A stretch of DNA of 63,823 nucleotides. It comes from Octopus bimaculoides (taxonomy: Eukaryota). The DNA is taken from NCBI RefSeq assembly GCF_001194135.2, contig NC_068986.1, forward strand, positions 71,693,449 through 71,757,271, in the 5' to 3' direction. The first letter of the stretch is position 1. Each line of letters opens with the position of its first letter. Below the pieces are notes generated by a model. That model was not told where the DNA came from. It ran no database searches and saw nothing but the letters and a program-made list of their open reading frames with translations. Both the position numbers and the translations under genes were made by a program. Positions 41,258 to 54,600 of this stretch are shown piece after piece.

Positions 41258-42014
41258 CATACACACCATTTAGATATATATTTGAAATAATAATAGAAGA
41301 CAAACTCAGAGATATTTCAAATTTACAATTCCTACATTTGTTTCAGTAATCCTTCCGTAAGAATTTTAAAAGCAGTTACATAATTATATGATATTTATGT
41401 GGGACGTAAGAAAATTATCAAGGATGTTTGAAATATGCTTTAAAAAATTAAAACGGCTTGTATATAGAGAAGAATTAAAAAAGAAAGGATAAAAAGGAGA
41501 AAACAAAATTTAAAAGATAAAATGGAGCAGAGAAGACACAAAAGTAACAAGGGGAAAAAAGAAATTAAAAAAAAGATAAAATTAAAGGTTGAAATAAAAA
41601 TTAAAATAATAACGGCAATAACAACAAAAATAAACAGTTAAGAATGCAATTTCTCTAGTCGGTAACTGAAAAAATAATAACTATAACTGTAGCTCATTCT
41701 AGTATTGTAACTACATGGTTATCGTTAGATTTAACTATCGTATACAACTAATCCTTACTACTGCCATAAATCATTATGATATACCCTGATACTAGAAGAC
41801 TTAGGAAAAACATCTATAAATCATTTAGAAGTTATAGCTTTCCTATTACTCTTGAAAAATGTATAAGAAATTTTTAATCACCTAGGTGGATCACAGAATC
41901 TAAGTTTTGGTTGATATTATTCTATTCAGTTCTATATTTAAGAGATGAGGAATTATGTACATTATTTATATTATTTACATTTGACGGATATTTGTCCCCA
42001 TCTTGTTTGTTGTT

Positions 42015-42060
42015 AACACAACGTTTCGGCTGATATACCCTCCAGCCTTCATCAAGTGTT
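42015..42060 (-). ncRNA. Minimal type I hammerhead ribozyme motif
   Basis: Minus strand AACAC-T-TGATGA-A-GGCTG-GAGGGTATAT-CAGCC-GAA-ACGT-T-GTGTT: stem I 5 bp, stem II 5 bp, palindromic ACGT stem III, C3 replaced by U. Confidence 0.85.
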
Positions 42061-42107
42061 TGGGGGAGATTTCGAACCTGGGTTCTCATTCCTAAGGTAC
42101 TTTTCGA

Positions 42108-42214
<107 letters not shown>

Positions 42215-42253
42215 TTACTGCCTGGAATCGAATTCGGAATCTTGGGGTTAGTA

Positions 42254-43169
42254 TTTGGCTTTAAGATTAACACCACTAAAACCAATCCTATGGCTGCGAT
42301 ATGTTGATGACACCTTTATTCTCTGGCCCCACCAGGAAGATGTCCAAGTGCTGTTAGATCATCTGAACTCAATAAAGCCATCCATACAGTTTACAATCGA
42401 AAAGGAAAAAGACAATTAGCTAGCATACCTGGACGTATTAATAATACGCACAAAGTATGGATTCAGGACATCCGTATACCACAAGTCGACCTTCACTGGA
42501 TGATACCTTAACTTCAATTCCCACCATCTATACAGTGTAAAGAGAGGAATTGCTCAGTGCCTAAAACATCGAGCAAAAAATATAAGTAGCGATACCCACC
42601 ACGAAGAAATGATCAAGCTCAGTAACAATCTATTAAGCAACAGCTACCCCAACAGCATACTATCTACTCCAATTACGAAGAAAAGAGAGGATGCAACCAA
42701 TAAAGTGTCTACAGTCTGTCTACCCTATGTGAAAGGCCTCTCCGAAAAGATACAAAAGATATGCGGCCAATATGACATCAGGACAGTATTCAAGAGTAAT
42801 ACAACACTTCGCAAGTATCTCCTTCGGGTAAAACCACCAATACAAGAGAATATGACCAAAAACTGCGTGTACTTCATCCCATGCAGCTGTGGTAGGTTAT
42901 ACTAAGGCGAAACATGTCGCCCCCTCAAAATAAGAGTAGAGGAACATCGCAAAGCTATGACACCAGAAGATATTGATAAATCGGGTATAGCTGATCATAT
43001 ATGGAAAAATGGAGACCACCTGCCCTTGTGGGATGAAGTTAAAATAATAGACAGAGAATATCACTGGACAATACGAAAACTAAAAGAAGCAGCACATATG
43101 CTAGGACACAACAACCTCCTAAGCAGACCAAGTGCAGACAAGAATAGCGTATGGGAACCTATGGCGTAG
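42254..43169 (+). pseudogene. Poseidon-type PLE RT C-terminal half plus GIY-YIG endonuclease
   Basis: One frame: LWLRYVDDTFILW...YLDV...YHKSTFTG*YLNFNSHH...LPYVKGLSE...CVYFIPCSCGRLY*GET.RPLKIRVEEH. In-frame stops at 42417, 42501 and 42903. Confidence 0.93.
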
Positions 43170-43216
43170 TGGTTAAGAGCGCGGGATACTACCCCCAAGA
43201 TTCCGAGTTCGATTCC
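43162..43216 (+). promoter_or_regulatory. tRNA-like RNA Pol III type 2 internal promoter (A and B boxes)
   Basis: A-box TGGCGTAGTGG (43162-43172), which overlaps the ORF stop codon, and B-box GAGTTCGATTCC (43205-43216). Confidence 0.8.
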
Positions 43217-43241
43217 AGGCAGTGACCTGAATAATGATAAC

Positions 43242-43299
<58 letters not shown>

Positions 43300-43345
43300 G
43301 TAATAACATCGAAAAATACCTTAGGAATGAGAACCCACGTTCGAA

Positions 43346-43384
43346 ATCTTTGTCCTCATCAAGATATCTGATGAGGACAAAGAT
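43346..43384. repeat. Perfect 16-bp inverted repeat at the position of the HHR
   Basis: ATCTTTGTCCTCATCA-AGATATC-TGATGAGGACAAAGAT. Confidence 0.95.
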
Positions 43385-43449
43385 CCGTCCAATGTAAATA
43401 ATGTAAATAGTGTATATTATTCTATTCATAGACTAAAATGAGATTGAAT

Positions 43450-43720
43450 TATATTCATAACAAATCTACTCATCTTAAATTTAATAATGAATGTTCTAGT
43501 TAGGAACATCCAATAGATTCTAAAACAAGAGAATTGTAATTGCTAATGTGACTGTTATAACCAAGCTTTGATAAGAAGTGATGCTAAGAAGAAAATTACT
43601 CATATAATAACACCACACATATTACCTCTATACATAATAGGTGCACTGAGTAATGCCCCTACTGAAATTTATAAAGGCACTTAAATATGCCAAGAAACAT
43701 TTTACCACTACAAGCAAACT
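43450..43720 (+). pseudogene. Decayed R4-like RLE C-terminal fragment
   Basis: IDSKTR..VIANVTV and LYIIGALSNAP resemble the RLE D..P and PIIIGALG motifs. Confidence 0.45.
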
Positions 43721-44028
43721 GGTTAACATAATATTCAAAAATATAATGACTGGTCGATCAAGTGGAAATTTGAATAATTTCATACTTAATTTGCCAATGC
43801 ATCTGGTAAGATCACTAATAAATTTTTAAAAACCATCGCTAAGCAGGAAGATACACACCGTGAACGTTTAGGAACACCCGACAAAAATATTAATATGGAA
43901 TAAATTGTAAAATGGTACATGTAGAAATAGAATAAGTGTTATGAACTCTAATAGAAATAAAACTGTTACTAGATCTAACCATGTAGCAAAATGTGAAAAA
44001 ATGCACACTCTTCAATATTTGTCTTATA

Positions 44029-44155
44029 CAGGGTGTCCACAAAATCTGGGTACATGGGGATTAACGCATATTTTAAGAAATTATTATTTCTTATATTTAA
44101 TTGTTTATGTTATGATTTTATTTACTCCATGTACCCAGACCTTGTGGACACCTTG
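44029..44155. mobile_element. 127-bp Tc1/mariner-type MITE
   Basis: TIRs of about 31 bp: CAGGGTGTCCACAAAATCTGGGTACATGG versus the reverse complement CAAGGTGTCCACAAGGTCTGGGTACATGG. TA at both flanks (44027-28 and 44156-57). Confidence 0.9.
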
Positions 44156-44829
44156 TAGAATAAAATCATTAATCTGGTGTAATTATCGTTGTAAGGGACT
44201 AAATACATAATTCAAAAGTATTCTCTAGTGTTCTTGAGACAACTTTCTCCAACGGCACAAATACGACTTGCATCATAAAAGTTTCATCCTCCACTCACTC
44301 AAACATTGTTGCCATAGTAATAGTGGCAAATTGAATAGGAGTGGTAATATTAATTTTGCAAAGCTATCAACTTCAGGCTTAGGATCTAAAACGATAATAG
44401 AATTAATAGGGTACTCTTCGATACCCTGTAATCCTATTAAGAGCTGATCTGCCTACAGCGATAGAAAACTTAAGTGATCAGAGTAATAATTGCTCAATTG
44501 CTGTTTGTAATAGTGATAGTAATAATATTGAAAATGTAAGTAATATTTCGTCCAGGTGTCTGAAATCTAAACAAGTATTGGAATTACATTTTTGCCTAGT
44601 AAATTGCAATCAATGCAATAAGGAGGGTGCAGATGTAACTCCAGGGTAACTGATGCGTATCCGCTAAATGGAAGTTGAAATATTGTGTGCCATATGTACA
44701 GATACATAATGCTCGCAAATATTACAAAGGATGTGTAATTTTTTTCTTTTAAAGAAACCTCTAACTTTAAAACTCAATCTCTCATGCAGAATATATATTT
44801 GATCTAAAATCTAAAGGCAAATTTTATGA

Positions 44830-44990
44830 GATAGAACGGAATGTTATGAATTCAACCAAATATACCACGAAGATAGACAAGACTGTCTTTTATGTAGGCA
44901 TAAAGTTCTAAAGATTTTAAGGGCAGGCCGAAATCTTTTAAGCTTAAAGAATGAAACTGTAAGTCAATGCAAAACGTACTTGGAATTTGA
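44830..44990 (+). pseudogene. Naiad-type endonuclease C-terminal fragment
   Basis: YHEDRQDCLLCRHKVLKIL...NLLSLKNETVSQCK matches the C.LC..EK..I...LLN.R.E..S.C pattern. Confidence 0.5.
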
Positions 44991-46989
44991 AATAATATAT
45001 AATACAAAGAAGGTTTGATGATGATGATGACGAAGACGACGACAATGACGATGATCATTATCATGATAATAATAACAATAGCGATTACAATGGTATGGGA
45101 GAGTGTCTGTATGAATTATATTAAATACAATTTCCAGCTGTATAAGCGTGTTATTACTGTCTTTCGTTATTTTCTCCAATTTCTTCACTTTCCTCTCCAC
45201 TATTCATTCTTCTTTATATAAGAGATGTTTTATTTTTTAGCAAATCATATTTAAAATGTCTTTGCTAGCAGGATTCTCGCATCCTGTACTATTATATAAC
45301 TAAATTTATTATGTTATGTAGGAATTATTTAAATATTTGTAGGAATTGAATATTTGAATTATGAATTTTGTTGTTCTTTCAAATGTGTTTTGCCCTCTTC
45401 ATTCATAATAGACTATTTTACGGTGTATGCAACATTGTACATAGAAATGCTTTCAACATGAATTTTCGGAGACTAACTGCAATATTTATGGTTACTTCTT
45501 ATGGTTATTTATGGTTACGTACGTATGTATGTATGCATGTATATATGTATGTGTACGTAAGTATATATGTATGCGTGTATGTACGTAGATAGTTTATTCA
45601 TACTGAATATTCATCGCAGTTCGAATTTTCACCTGGCCACCGGGTGAGATCTGTTACAACACAGTTTGTTGGCATATGTATATTGTATTCATTGGAGTGA
45701 ATGTGGTCTTTTGGTTGTGTCTGATGATTGATATTTTTGCGTTTGCTGATTGGTTCTTAATTTTTCTGGGCAGTCATAGGTTATTTTTGTAGGGCGCTAT
45801 ATATTTTTCGTGTATAAGTTTATAACGTGCGTATTTTTAATAAAAATTGTTGGTTTAGAATTACTGTTTGGTTGAATATATGCTTTTTGGTCAAGTCTGT
45901 TTGGGTATGCATGATATTATGTTCTAAATATTGATGTCATTTTAGTATGGATTTGCTGAAAAGAACGTTGTTTCGTTAAAAAATTAGGGGATTTTAATAA
46001 CTCGTTTCTATGTGGACCGTGTAATTTTAACTGTAAACGAATTTAAAGATACAGTTACCAATTGAATAAGTTTTGATGTAAGCAGTAATCGTGGCTTAAT
46101 GATTTCATTAATGTGTTTAGAAATCTGCTTTGGTTAAAAAATGAAGTATTCTTTATGACATGGATTGTTTGGTATGACTCGCAAAGATTGTTTATCTCAT
46201 AGGAGTATATGCGTTTTGTTTAATAATAAGTACTTGGGTTACATCGTATGTGTGTGCATGTGTGTTCTGGTCAAAGCTTGTTTTCTATGATTTCGAACCT
46301 TGAATGAATATTTCTTTACAAGTTTGTGTCATAATTAAGTGACTTTAACCAATTTCTCTGTAATTTTCTTTTCATGAAGAATGCAGGACTTTATGTGGAT
46401 AGAAAGGGAAAAGTGTGCACAGTAGTTTTTATTAAAATACTTCAGGCTTTCAAGATGAGAGGTCTTAGAATGTGTGGTGGTGAAAGAGAAAAGTCGGTTA
46501 AGCCTGTAGTCTTTAAATAAAAGTTGCTTGATTAAAGGTTTTATAAGAACTGGAGATATGGAGGAACTCATTGCAATTGTGCTGTGTAAAAGTTTTGGAT
46601 TTGAATATATGGAAAATTATATGAAGTTTTTCAAAACAACTATGTAAATTTACGGTTGGGTATAAAATTTCAGATAAATGGGTTGAATGATCATTTACGC
46701 CCAGGAAATATTACATACAATAAAGAGAAAATAGTGTGCAGCTTAGTCAATTTTGCAGGCTAATTAGATATTTATAAATGTCATAAAGAGCAAAAGAAAA
46801 TAGAAAAATGACAGAATCTGAAATACGAACTTCAGAGAACATGGCATTGCTTTAAAATTATTTCCATCTCAATTGCAATAATAGTATTAAAGATCCGGTC
46901 CGGTGAGATGTGAAATTTGACAAGGTTACCATGGATATATGGTAGTGGTGTTGTAGCCGTTTGCTACCTCTACCCAAATCTTAAAGCAT

Positions 46990-49200
46990 AGCTTTCACTC
47001 GATCCATTCTTGGACGTAATTTACCACACCGCTCTTCTACTTAGATACTAAGGCAAAACCAAACCCCGCGCAATTTAACCTTTCTGTTTGTCCAGCATTC
47101 CACAACGCTGTGGGACTACCTTCCTGGGTCAGATCCACCGACATTTCCTCGTTAACTTTTGCTCTTGTCACCATCTCTTAGACACTTAGGATGGTACTTA
47201 TCATCTCAATGTCCTTGGTGTCCGATACTATGACGGTGATATCTTTCGTATATGCAGACGCAAATCTTCCGCAACCTACTTTGCGAATGATGCTCCGCAA
47301 TGACTCCAAATTCTGTAGTAATGATTCAAAAGTCGACCACAAACAGAAAGGACAAGAGACAAACTTGACGGACGGAGTACATGATACTGAAAGTTTCCAT
47401 AGGTGACCATTCACTCTGACCATCTAGCAGTTATCACTGTACATTGAGGTGATCCTACCGCTGAAAATGAGGCCGAAATCGGCTGCCATTGGAACAACCA
47501 CCGAGTATTGGTGGTCGACCCTATTGAAGGCTTTCGATTAATCTAATTTCTTCAAGGTCCTATCTATACCAACTTCCTAACACACACTTTTCTATGGTGT
47601 ATCGCATGAGAAAAAGGTTGTCATGACGAGATCTGTAAGGGATAGCGCGTGCTTGCACATCACCAAGAAGATTACCGACAACTTCTTCACTAACAGCTGG
47701 GCTTTGTAGAGTTATGGGCTGAAAATGAACTGCAGAGCTATGGGAAGTCTTCCTTGTTCGGATCCTTTCTCAGCAGTATAATTGTTCCTTATTGCACAGA
47801 ACAAGAGATTCTTCCGTTCTGCAGATAGTTGCGGTAGATGCTTACCAAGAGGGTGTAAAGAAGTTTGGCATATGTAGATTAAGCTGGAATAGTAGGCCTT
47901 CCAAACCATGATATTTCCTCTTTGTGCAGATAGGCTCACTTCCTATGTTCCTGTGGCTGCTATCAGCTTTTTAACAACGTTCCGACTTCCTCACCGCCAG
48001 TCATGGTAGGCTGTCGAGATAGGCATCGAAGTCCAATCTTCTCTCGACCCTGCTACTCACCTCGAAAGGTTGAGCAAAATACTACTAAAAAGACGCATAC
48101 ATCTGCTTGGAATCGAGTAGCAAGTGTACATCATGGCTCGCCAAAGACCGAATTGTGACTTTGTTGCTACGTTGTGCGTATGTTATTCGCGCCCATCAGA
48201 CGGCCTTCTTCATGTCTTGTGTTAGTTCACGTTTCTTGACTTTTTCAATGTAGCTTCGAGTTTTGCGCTGAATTGGTCCGGAGTCATTTTTGCTACAAAC
48301 ACATTGTTGCTTCTTCCTTACTAAACCGCAACGATTCTACTCTAATCGCACTATTCAGAACTAAAAGACCATTTGTTGTTGATGAGTTCCCCTGTGAACT
48401 CACGCTTAACTTATTTTCTAATATAGTTGTTGTAAGCTTGGTGTACCGGGACATATTTCACTTCCAGTAACTGTATTCACACCAATGAAACCTATCTAGG
48501 TCAACAGTATAGATCACAAATTTGTGGTCTATGTACTCAACCACTTTGAACTGATAAAAATAAAAACTGCCGTATCCCTGTCCGTATACAGAAGTCTCTT
48601 GGTACGATTTTGATGACCCGATGCAGTAATATGGATTACTAAAATTAAAAAAAATCCAATAGTTAACTGTTAAAGAGCTGGAAACGTCTGAGCTGGTTTG
48701 CAAGGCACTTGTACTTTGTTTCTTATAATCTAACCTCACACAATCCATGCGCTTTTGTAAGAAACCGTTCCAATTGCTCACTAACACTTCAATGCAGAAA
48801 GTTCCTTACAAAACCTCTAGATGATGGAAGAAATCAAGCTGCCCCACCACTGTTAGAAACGGCTAATAGTCTGAAAGTATGGCTTTCGCTGCTACTCATG
48901 TCTAGTACCACAAACTTACCTTTTGGATTCACGAAGGTGCTCTGTGTCGCTAGATCCACACTTTCCCGAAAGAACGCTGCAAATTCAACTCCTTGGAGAT
49001 GCGTACACCTCATAGCTACGAAAAATGGGTGTGCCTGCTCGTGACACAGAAATTTTCATCTTGTTAGCTACTGCATTTATATATCGTAACCTGAGGTCGT
49101 TGAGCAGGGGGGCCTGCTTCCAAGTGACCACAGACCACGAGCTTTCACACTATAAGTCCAAGTAAGACAGAAGAAGGAAAGTGATAAAGGTTCACTTACC
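46990..49200 (-). mobile_element. L1/Tx1-clade LINE ORF2 remnant (APE endonuclease plus RT)
   Basis: Minus strand: FFRESVDL...FVNPKGKFVVLDMSSS...FRLLAV (APE); LD.SKAFNRVDHQY; VRVNGHL...SV...CP; ASAYTKDITVIVSD (YADD box mutated). Confidence 0.85.
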
Positions 49201-49569
49201 TTACTCCTGTGGAGGGACAGGTGTTCCATCCCTACGACTTGTTGTGGATGTTTCCACAAGTTAATCATTGCAAAAGCTTTTGTTAATATTACCTCAGAAG
49301 TCTCATACTTCATCGGGAAATTTTTTTAATGTGACATTTTTCTAATTTGTATGTATGTCAGTGTGATATTTGTTAATATCATGTAGTTATCGTGTGTGAT
49401 ACTTGTATGGTGATGGATTTCATTCATTATTATGAGTGTAACCTTTACCGTTGTCTGTTGTGTCATTCTGCTCTTCGAAGTGTTACCGATTCTGTTTTTT
49501 TCTTTTCTTTTCCTTTGTCTCAATGGAACTTGATCAAAACTATTAGCAACACTAGCAAATTATGATTAT

Positions 49570-49960
49570 TAGCCGAGCTTTCGTTGCTGCTGTTGTTGCA
49601 TTCATCGTTGCTGCTGTTGTTGCATTCATCGTTGCTGTTGCGATTGTTTATTACTGATGTAGTTGTAGTGGTTCTATTGTTGCAACTGTAGTTTATTGCT
49701 ACAGGGTCGGTAGCGGTTGCAATGAATGTTCTTCTCTCCCGGTGGTGATTTTGTTGAGGATGACAGCAGTATGCCCGACACCACTTGCTTTCTTTGATAC
49801 GTAGTTACTGCTGCTGCTGCTTCTGCTGTTGCTAATGTTGATTGTGTTGTTATTGTTGCTGTTATTACTATTGTTATTGCTACCGTTGTTGCTGCTTCTG
49901 TTGCTGTTAACATTGTAGTTGTTGCTACCGACGCTCTGCTGCTATTGCTGATTATTACTA
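49570..49960. repeat. Cryptic GTT/GCT trinucleotide region with a 24-bp tandem duplication
   Basis: TCGTTGCTGCTGTTGTTGCATTCA repeated twice near 49581-49630, within degenerate triplet tracts. Confidence 0.85.
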
Positions 49961-50360
49961 CGGCCGAGTGTTGTGCGGTGGCTGATGCTAACTGCGAATG
50001 ACAGTTCCACTATCAAAATTATCTCTCACCTATCTGTCTTGCTGGCCGGCCAGTAAAGACAATTGTAAGGTAGGCATTTTGAAAATCTTTGTCTTGTTTT
50101 AAAAAGATTTCCTTTTAAAAGTTTGCCCGTAGGTCGAGTAAAAGAAAGTGTCAACCTGTTCTGTACGGTCTTGGTCGACTTAATAACGAAATAGAAACAA
50201 TAAAATCAACAAACACAACCCGCTAAAAAAAGAAAACAAGACTCAAACTCATGAACCTTCCAAACATCTGCAGCTACGGTAATGGACAATAACAATAAAA
50301 AGAAAACAACAATAATAATGATAATATGAATAACACTACTACTAATAACAATATTAATTA

Positions 50361-51305
50361 TTTCTAATTTAGGCAGAAGGCCAGGTAATTTGAAGAGTGG
50401 GGTTAGTTAATAAAATTAGCTCCTGTGCTTGACTGATACTTTATTTTATCGATCCCAGGAAGATGGAGGGGAAAAGCTGACCTCGGAGGAGTTCAGCTCT
50501 GAATGTAAGGAGTCGGAAGATATACTGCACATAACGATTCTGCCAATCCATTTGCAAGAATAATTTTTCTACTTAGGCACAAGACAAGGTATTCTAGGGG
50601 ATACAAATGGTCGATTATATCGAACTCAGCAGCTAATGGGTACAATTTGTACTTTAGTTAAAGCCGACATCGGCGAGATATGAAGTCAGAGCGCTGAGAG
50701 CCAAAATAAATACCACAAGGTATTTTGTTCAACGCTCTAAGGACTACCAGTTCACGTCCTAGATCTCAAATATAGGGGAGAAAGCTAGTCGATTATCTCG
50801 ACTGCAGTTACTGCTACTTCATTTATAAACCCAGAAAAAGTGTATGGTAAACTTGACTTCAGTGAAATTCGAAATCAGGCAATAGAGAACCGGAACAAAT
50901 GCCATATTGTATTTTGTTCAATGCTCTACTTTTACTGCCAATCCAACATCTTGATATGGCTTTCTAATTTAGACATAAGTCAGCAGTTTTGAGGGAAGGA
51001 GATAACTCAATATCATAAACCGCTGTATTTGACACGTACTTTATCAATTTCGAATGGATCAAAGGTAAAGTTTAAACAACCGGAACTACTGCACTGCATT
51101 TTGTCCGACGCTCTAACTTTACTGCCAATCTACCACTTTATTAATAATAGTTGCTAGCATATGCACAAAACCAGAAAATTATGAAGTAAGAAAGTACCAG
51201 ATTACCTCGTCCCCAATGCTTCACTACCGGCTCTTTATTTCATCTCTAAGAAGATGAGGGGCAACATTTACCCCAGCATAGTTTAACGGTTCTGCTAACC
51301 CACCA
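50361..51305 (-). mobile_element. Five co-oriented, abutting degenerate SINE copies (family of 708-936)
   Basis: Copies at about 50361-50550, 50564-50760, 50761-50944, 50961-51136 and 51140-51305. Most end on the plus strand with (A/T)CTGC(C/T)AA(T/C)C, the SINE head. Confidence 0.75.
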
Positions 51306-51554
51306 CTCTTCAGCATGTAAGTAGTAATGATAATTTCCTTTAAGTCATAACAATATATGCATCATATACTGTACTTAATTGATGTTTTAGCTTATCGATT
51401 CAGGAAAGGCAATTGTTTTTGTCGAGAGATATCGTAAAGTTAAGGGAACATGAAAAAGATGTTCCGGAATTAAATCAAACAACGTATTTTGTTAGATGCT
51501 CCGTTGATGTCGCCATTTAATATTAATTAATATTGTTATTATTATTGCCATTAC

Positions 51555-51602
<48 letters not shown>

Positions 51603-51603
51603 C

Positions 51604-51659
<56 letters not shown>

Positions 51660-54600
51660 ATTAATTAATTGATCAATTAATTAATTAAACAGACTTCTAA
51701 AACTCTGCTAATAGGTTTTGAAATCAATACCAAGTCATGTGATTGCAAAACGTAGTTTCATAAAATTAAGAAGTTCTTAAATATTTTCCATACTTGCAAT
51801 AATTATCAATTGTACGAAGAGGGGATCAGCTTTTATATAAGTATCTTTGTATGTGTTAATGTTTAAATATCTGTGTATTTGTCCGATTATGTATGAAATT
51901 ATGACACGATGTTATGAAACGTTGCTTAGTAAAAAAAAAACTTTATGAAAAATATAAGTGGTATCACATGCAAATACAAGCACACACATTTAATCTTTCA
52001 TATCCAATAGTGGAACAATCTAAGCTAGACACTATAAATTTGTTTTAATTATGTTAATCATAAATATTTGTAATTTAATATTTATATAGTAACTTCGTTA
52101 TTTAATAAGCTTAATTGAAATGTTAAATGTTTTAGTATTATAATTCATGATTTATCAATTTATGTTTCCGAAAGAAGACCAGAGTTTTGTTATTGGCTGC
52201 AATTAATTTTCCAAGGAAACTAATTGGCCTTTGTATTATTATTTCCCCCCTAAATATGATGCACATATTTCAGTCATTTACTTCATTTTGAGGCATTTGT
52301 TTTGCCACGTAGTCAATTTAGACTTTCTTCGTATTTAGATTTCTTATATTTCCTGATATTTCTGAGAACGTCGCTCGCTCAATATCTACATTAAAAATGA
52401 AGAATAACAAACGTTCCAAACAACTTTGCAGGATATTTTCAGGGTGAACCGACTGAGATAAATTAGTACTAGACAGCGTTTTTTAATCAATGAATATAAT
52501 GAGAAGTATACAACTTATATATGATCAAAACAATAAATGTTGCACACAAATACCAATGGTATGTTGTTCACGAAACGGAACACTTACATATTACTGCGTT
52601 AATTAACTAATTAACCAAATAATTATTACGTGTATATATATATATATATATATGGTTATAAACTTAAAATTATATCAATGAATTTGAGTAATTAATGCAG
52701 TCTAACAATTACAGTTTCTTTGCAAAGAAATTTCACTTCATTCTAAAGTAAACCATAAGTTGCATACTTTTGAAATTCTGCTTACAGCTTAATATTGATT
52801 CGAATATGTAATGGGGAAAAAAATTTTGTTTGCAATATTTTCGTCTTAAAGCTATTTACAAGAAACTGATACGAATTGTCAATGATTCTGATGAGTATTT
52901 AGTTAAGCTGTCTTTACTACATTTATCTTTGTCGGATTTGATAGAAAATTAAAAATGCAAGTTGCTTTTATTCATGCATGCACTCTTGTTTTGTATCCAA
53001 CTGGTATCTCTTAAGCAGAAAGTATTTATAAAATATCAAGTAAGTTGCAACGTAATTTACGTTTAAACAATGGCCGAATTTTGATAGTTATAAAATATTT
53101 GATGTTTTGATACAAAGCAAGAGAACTAAAGTTAGTGAGTTTTTCATGTAATGAAATCCTGTGTAAAGGAATGTTTGTCATTCTTCAGAAGTGAGTCTTG
53201 AAATTAGAATTGTGGGTTAATAGATGAATACAATTAAATATTAATAAATATATAAATATAAAAGGAATACTGGTTAAAATATATTAGAATGATGACAACA
53301 GGAAAAATCGAAATGCAAACTTAAGCACTTCTGTTTCTGAAGAAGAATTGCAATAATACATTTATAATCAACTCTGTTTTTAATATTGACATTATTTCAA
53401 TATCAAAAGGCTTTCCTTTACATAAATCCAAACTACAATATCCATGCTTCAGCTAAACAAAAAGGGGGAGTTTTAATTCAGAAAAAACGGCAAGAAAGCA
53501 AGCAAACAAGACAAATAAAAATTCAAGCAAATGAAAAAATAATGCGATATCTAGAGATAACAGCTATAATCAAATAAAATGAACTGAAAAAAATAGTCAT
53601 AAACGATTGAATCAAACAAAAGTCATTAACTTTATATGAAATTAATTTAACAACATGAATAATACTAAAATTCAAAACGGTACAAACACAACGAAAAATT
53701 ACAATTTAAAAAATGCTTTATTATGACGCCTACAATATAAAAAAACGTGAAAATGGGATTTGTAATACTTATACTAATAGCTCCGATTCTAAATATATAA
53801 TGCTCTAAGATAATTATTTTAAATATATATTTAAAATTATAAACTAATATAATACTTTAAATTACGATAAATGTACATAGTTTTTAAAACAACACAACTG
53901 CCAAGGCGCTTATAAGATTATACCTAATTAAATCAAATATTTTCCAAGCACATACTGAACTAGATAATTTGTTAATATTGAATTTTCAAATATTTTCATA
54001 ATTATTAATTTTTGAAATATATATCTATTATTAATAACCAACTCGGATATATATGTATGTATATATATATATATATATATATNNNNNNNNNNNNNNNNNN
54101 NNNNNNNNNNNNNNNNNNNNNNNNNNNNNNNNNNNNNNNNNNNNNNNNNNNNNNNNNNNNNNNNNNNNNNNNNNNNNNNNNNNNNNNNNNNNNNNNNNNN
54201 NNNNNNNNNNNNNNNNNNNNNNNNNNNNNNNNNNNNNNNNNNNNNNNNNNNNNNNNNNNNNNNNNNNNNNNNNNNNNNNNNNNNNNNNNNNNNNNNNNNN
54301 NNNNNNNNNNNNNNNNNNNNNNNNNNNNNNNNNNNNNNNNNNNNNNNNNNNNNNNNNNNNNNNNNNNNNNNNNNNNNNNNNNNNNNNNNNNNNNNNNNNN
54401 NNNNNNNNNNNNNNNNNNNNNNNNNNNNNNNNNNNNNNNNNNNNNNNNNNNNNNNNNNNNNNNNNNNNNNNNNNNNNNNNNNNNNNNNNNNNNNNNNNNN
54501 NNNNNNNNNNNNNNNNNNNNNNNNNNNNNNNNNNNNNNTTCTCCACAATTTTACTCAGATATTTTATATTATATTAAATATCTAACTGGACATGGCAAAA

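Noticed and set aside
43160-43230. tRNA gene
   Set aside because: A and B boxes are present, but there is no complete cloverleaf, acceptor stem or T-run terminator. It is a tRNA-derived head.
45560-46800. Possible further PLE remnants (also 6700-7780 and 38130-38420)
   Set aside because: Similarity is too faint to support by eye. It needs tBLASTn or HMM searches.
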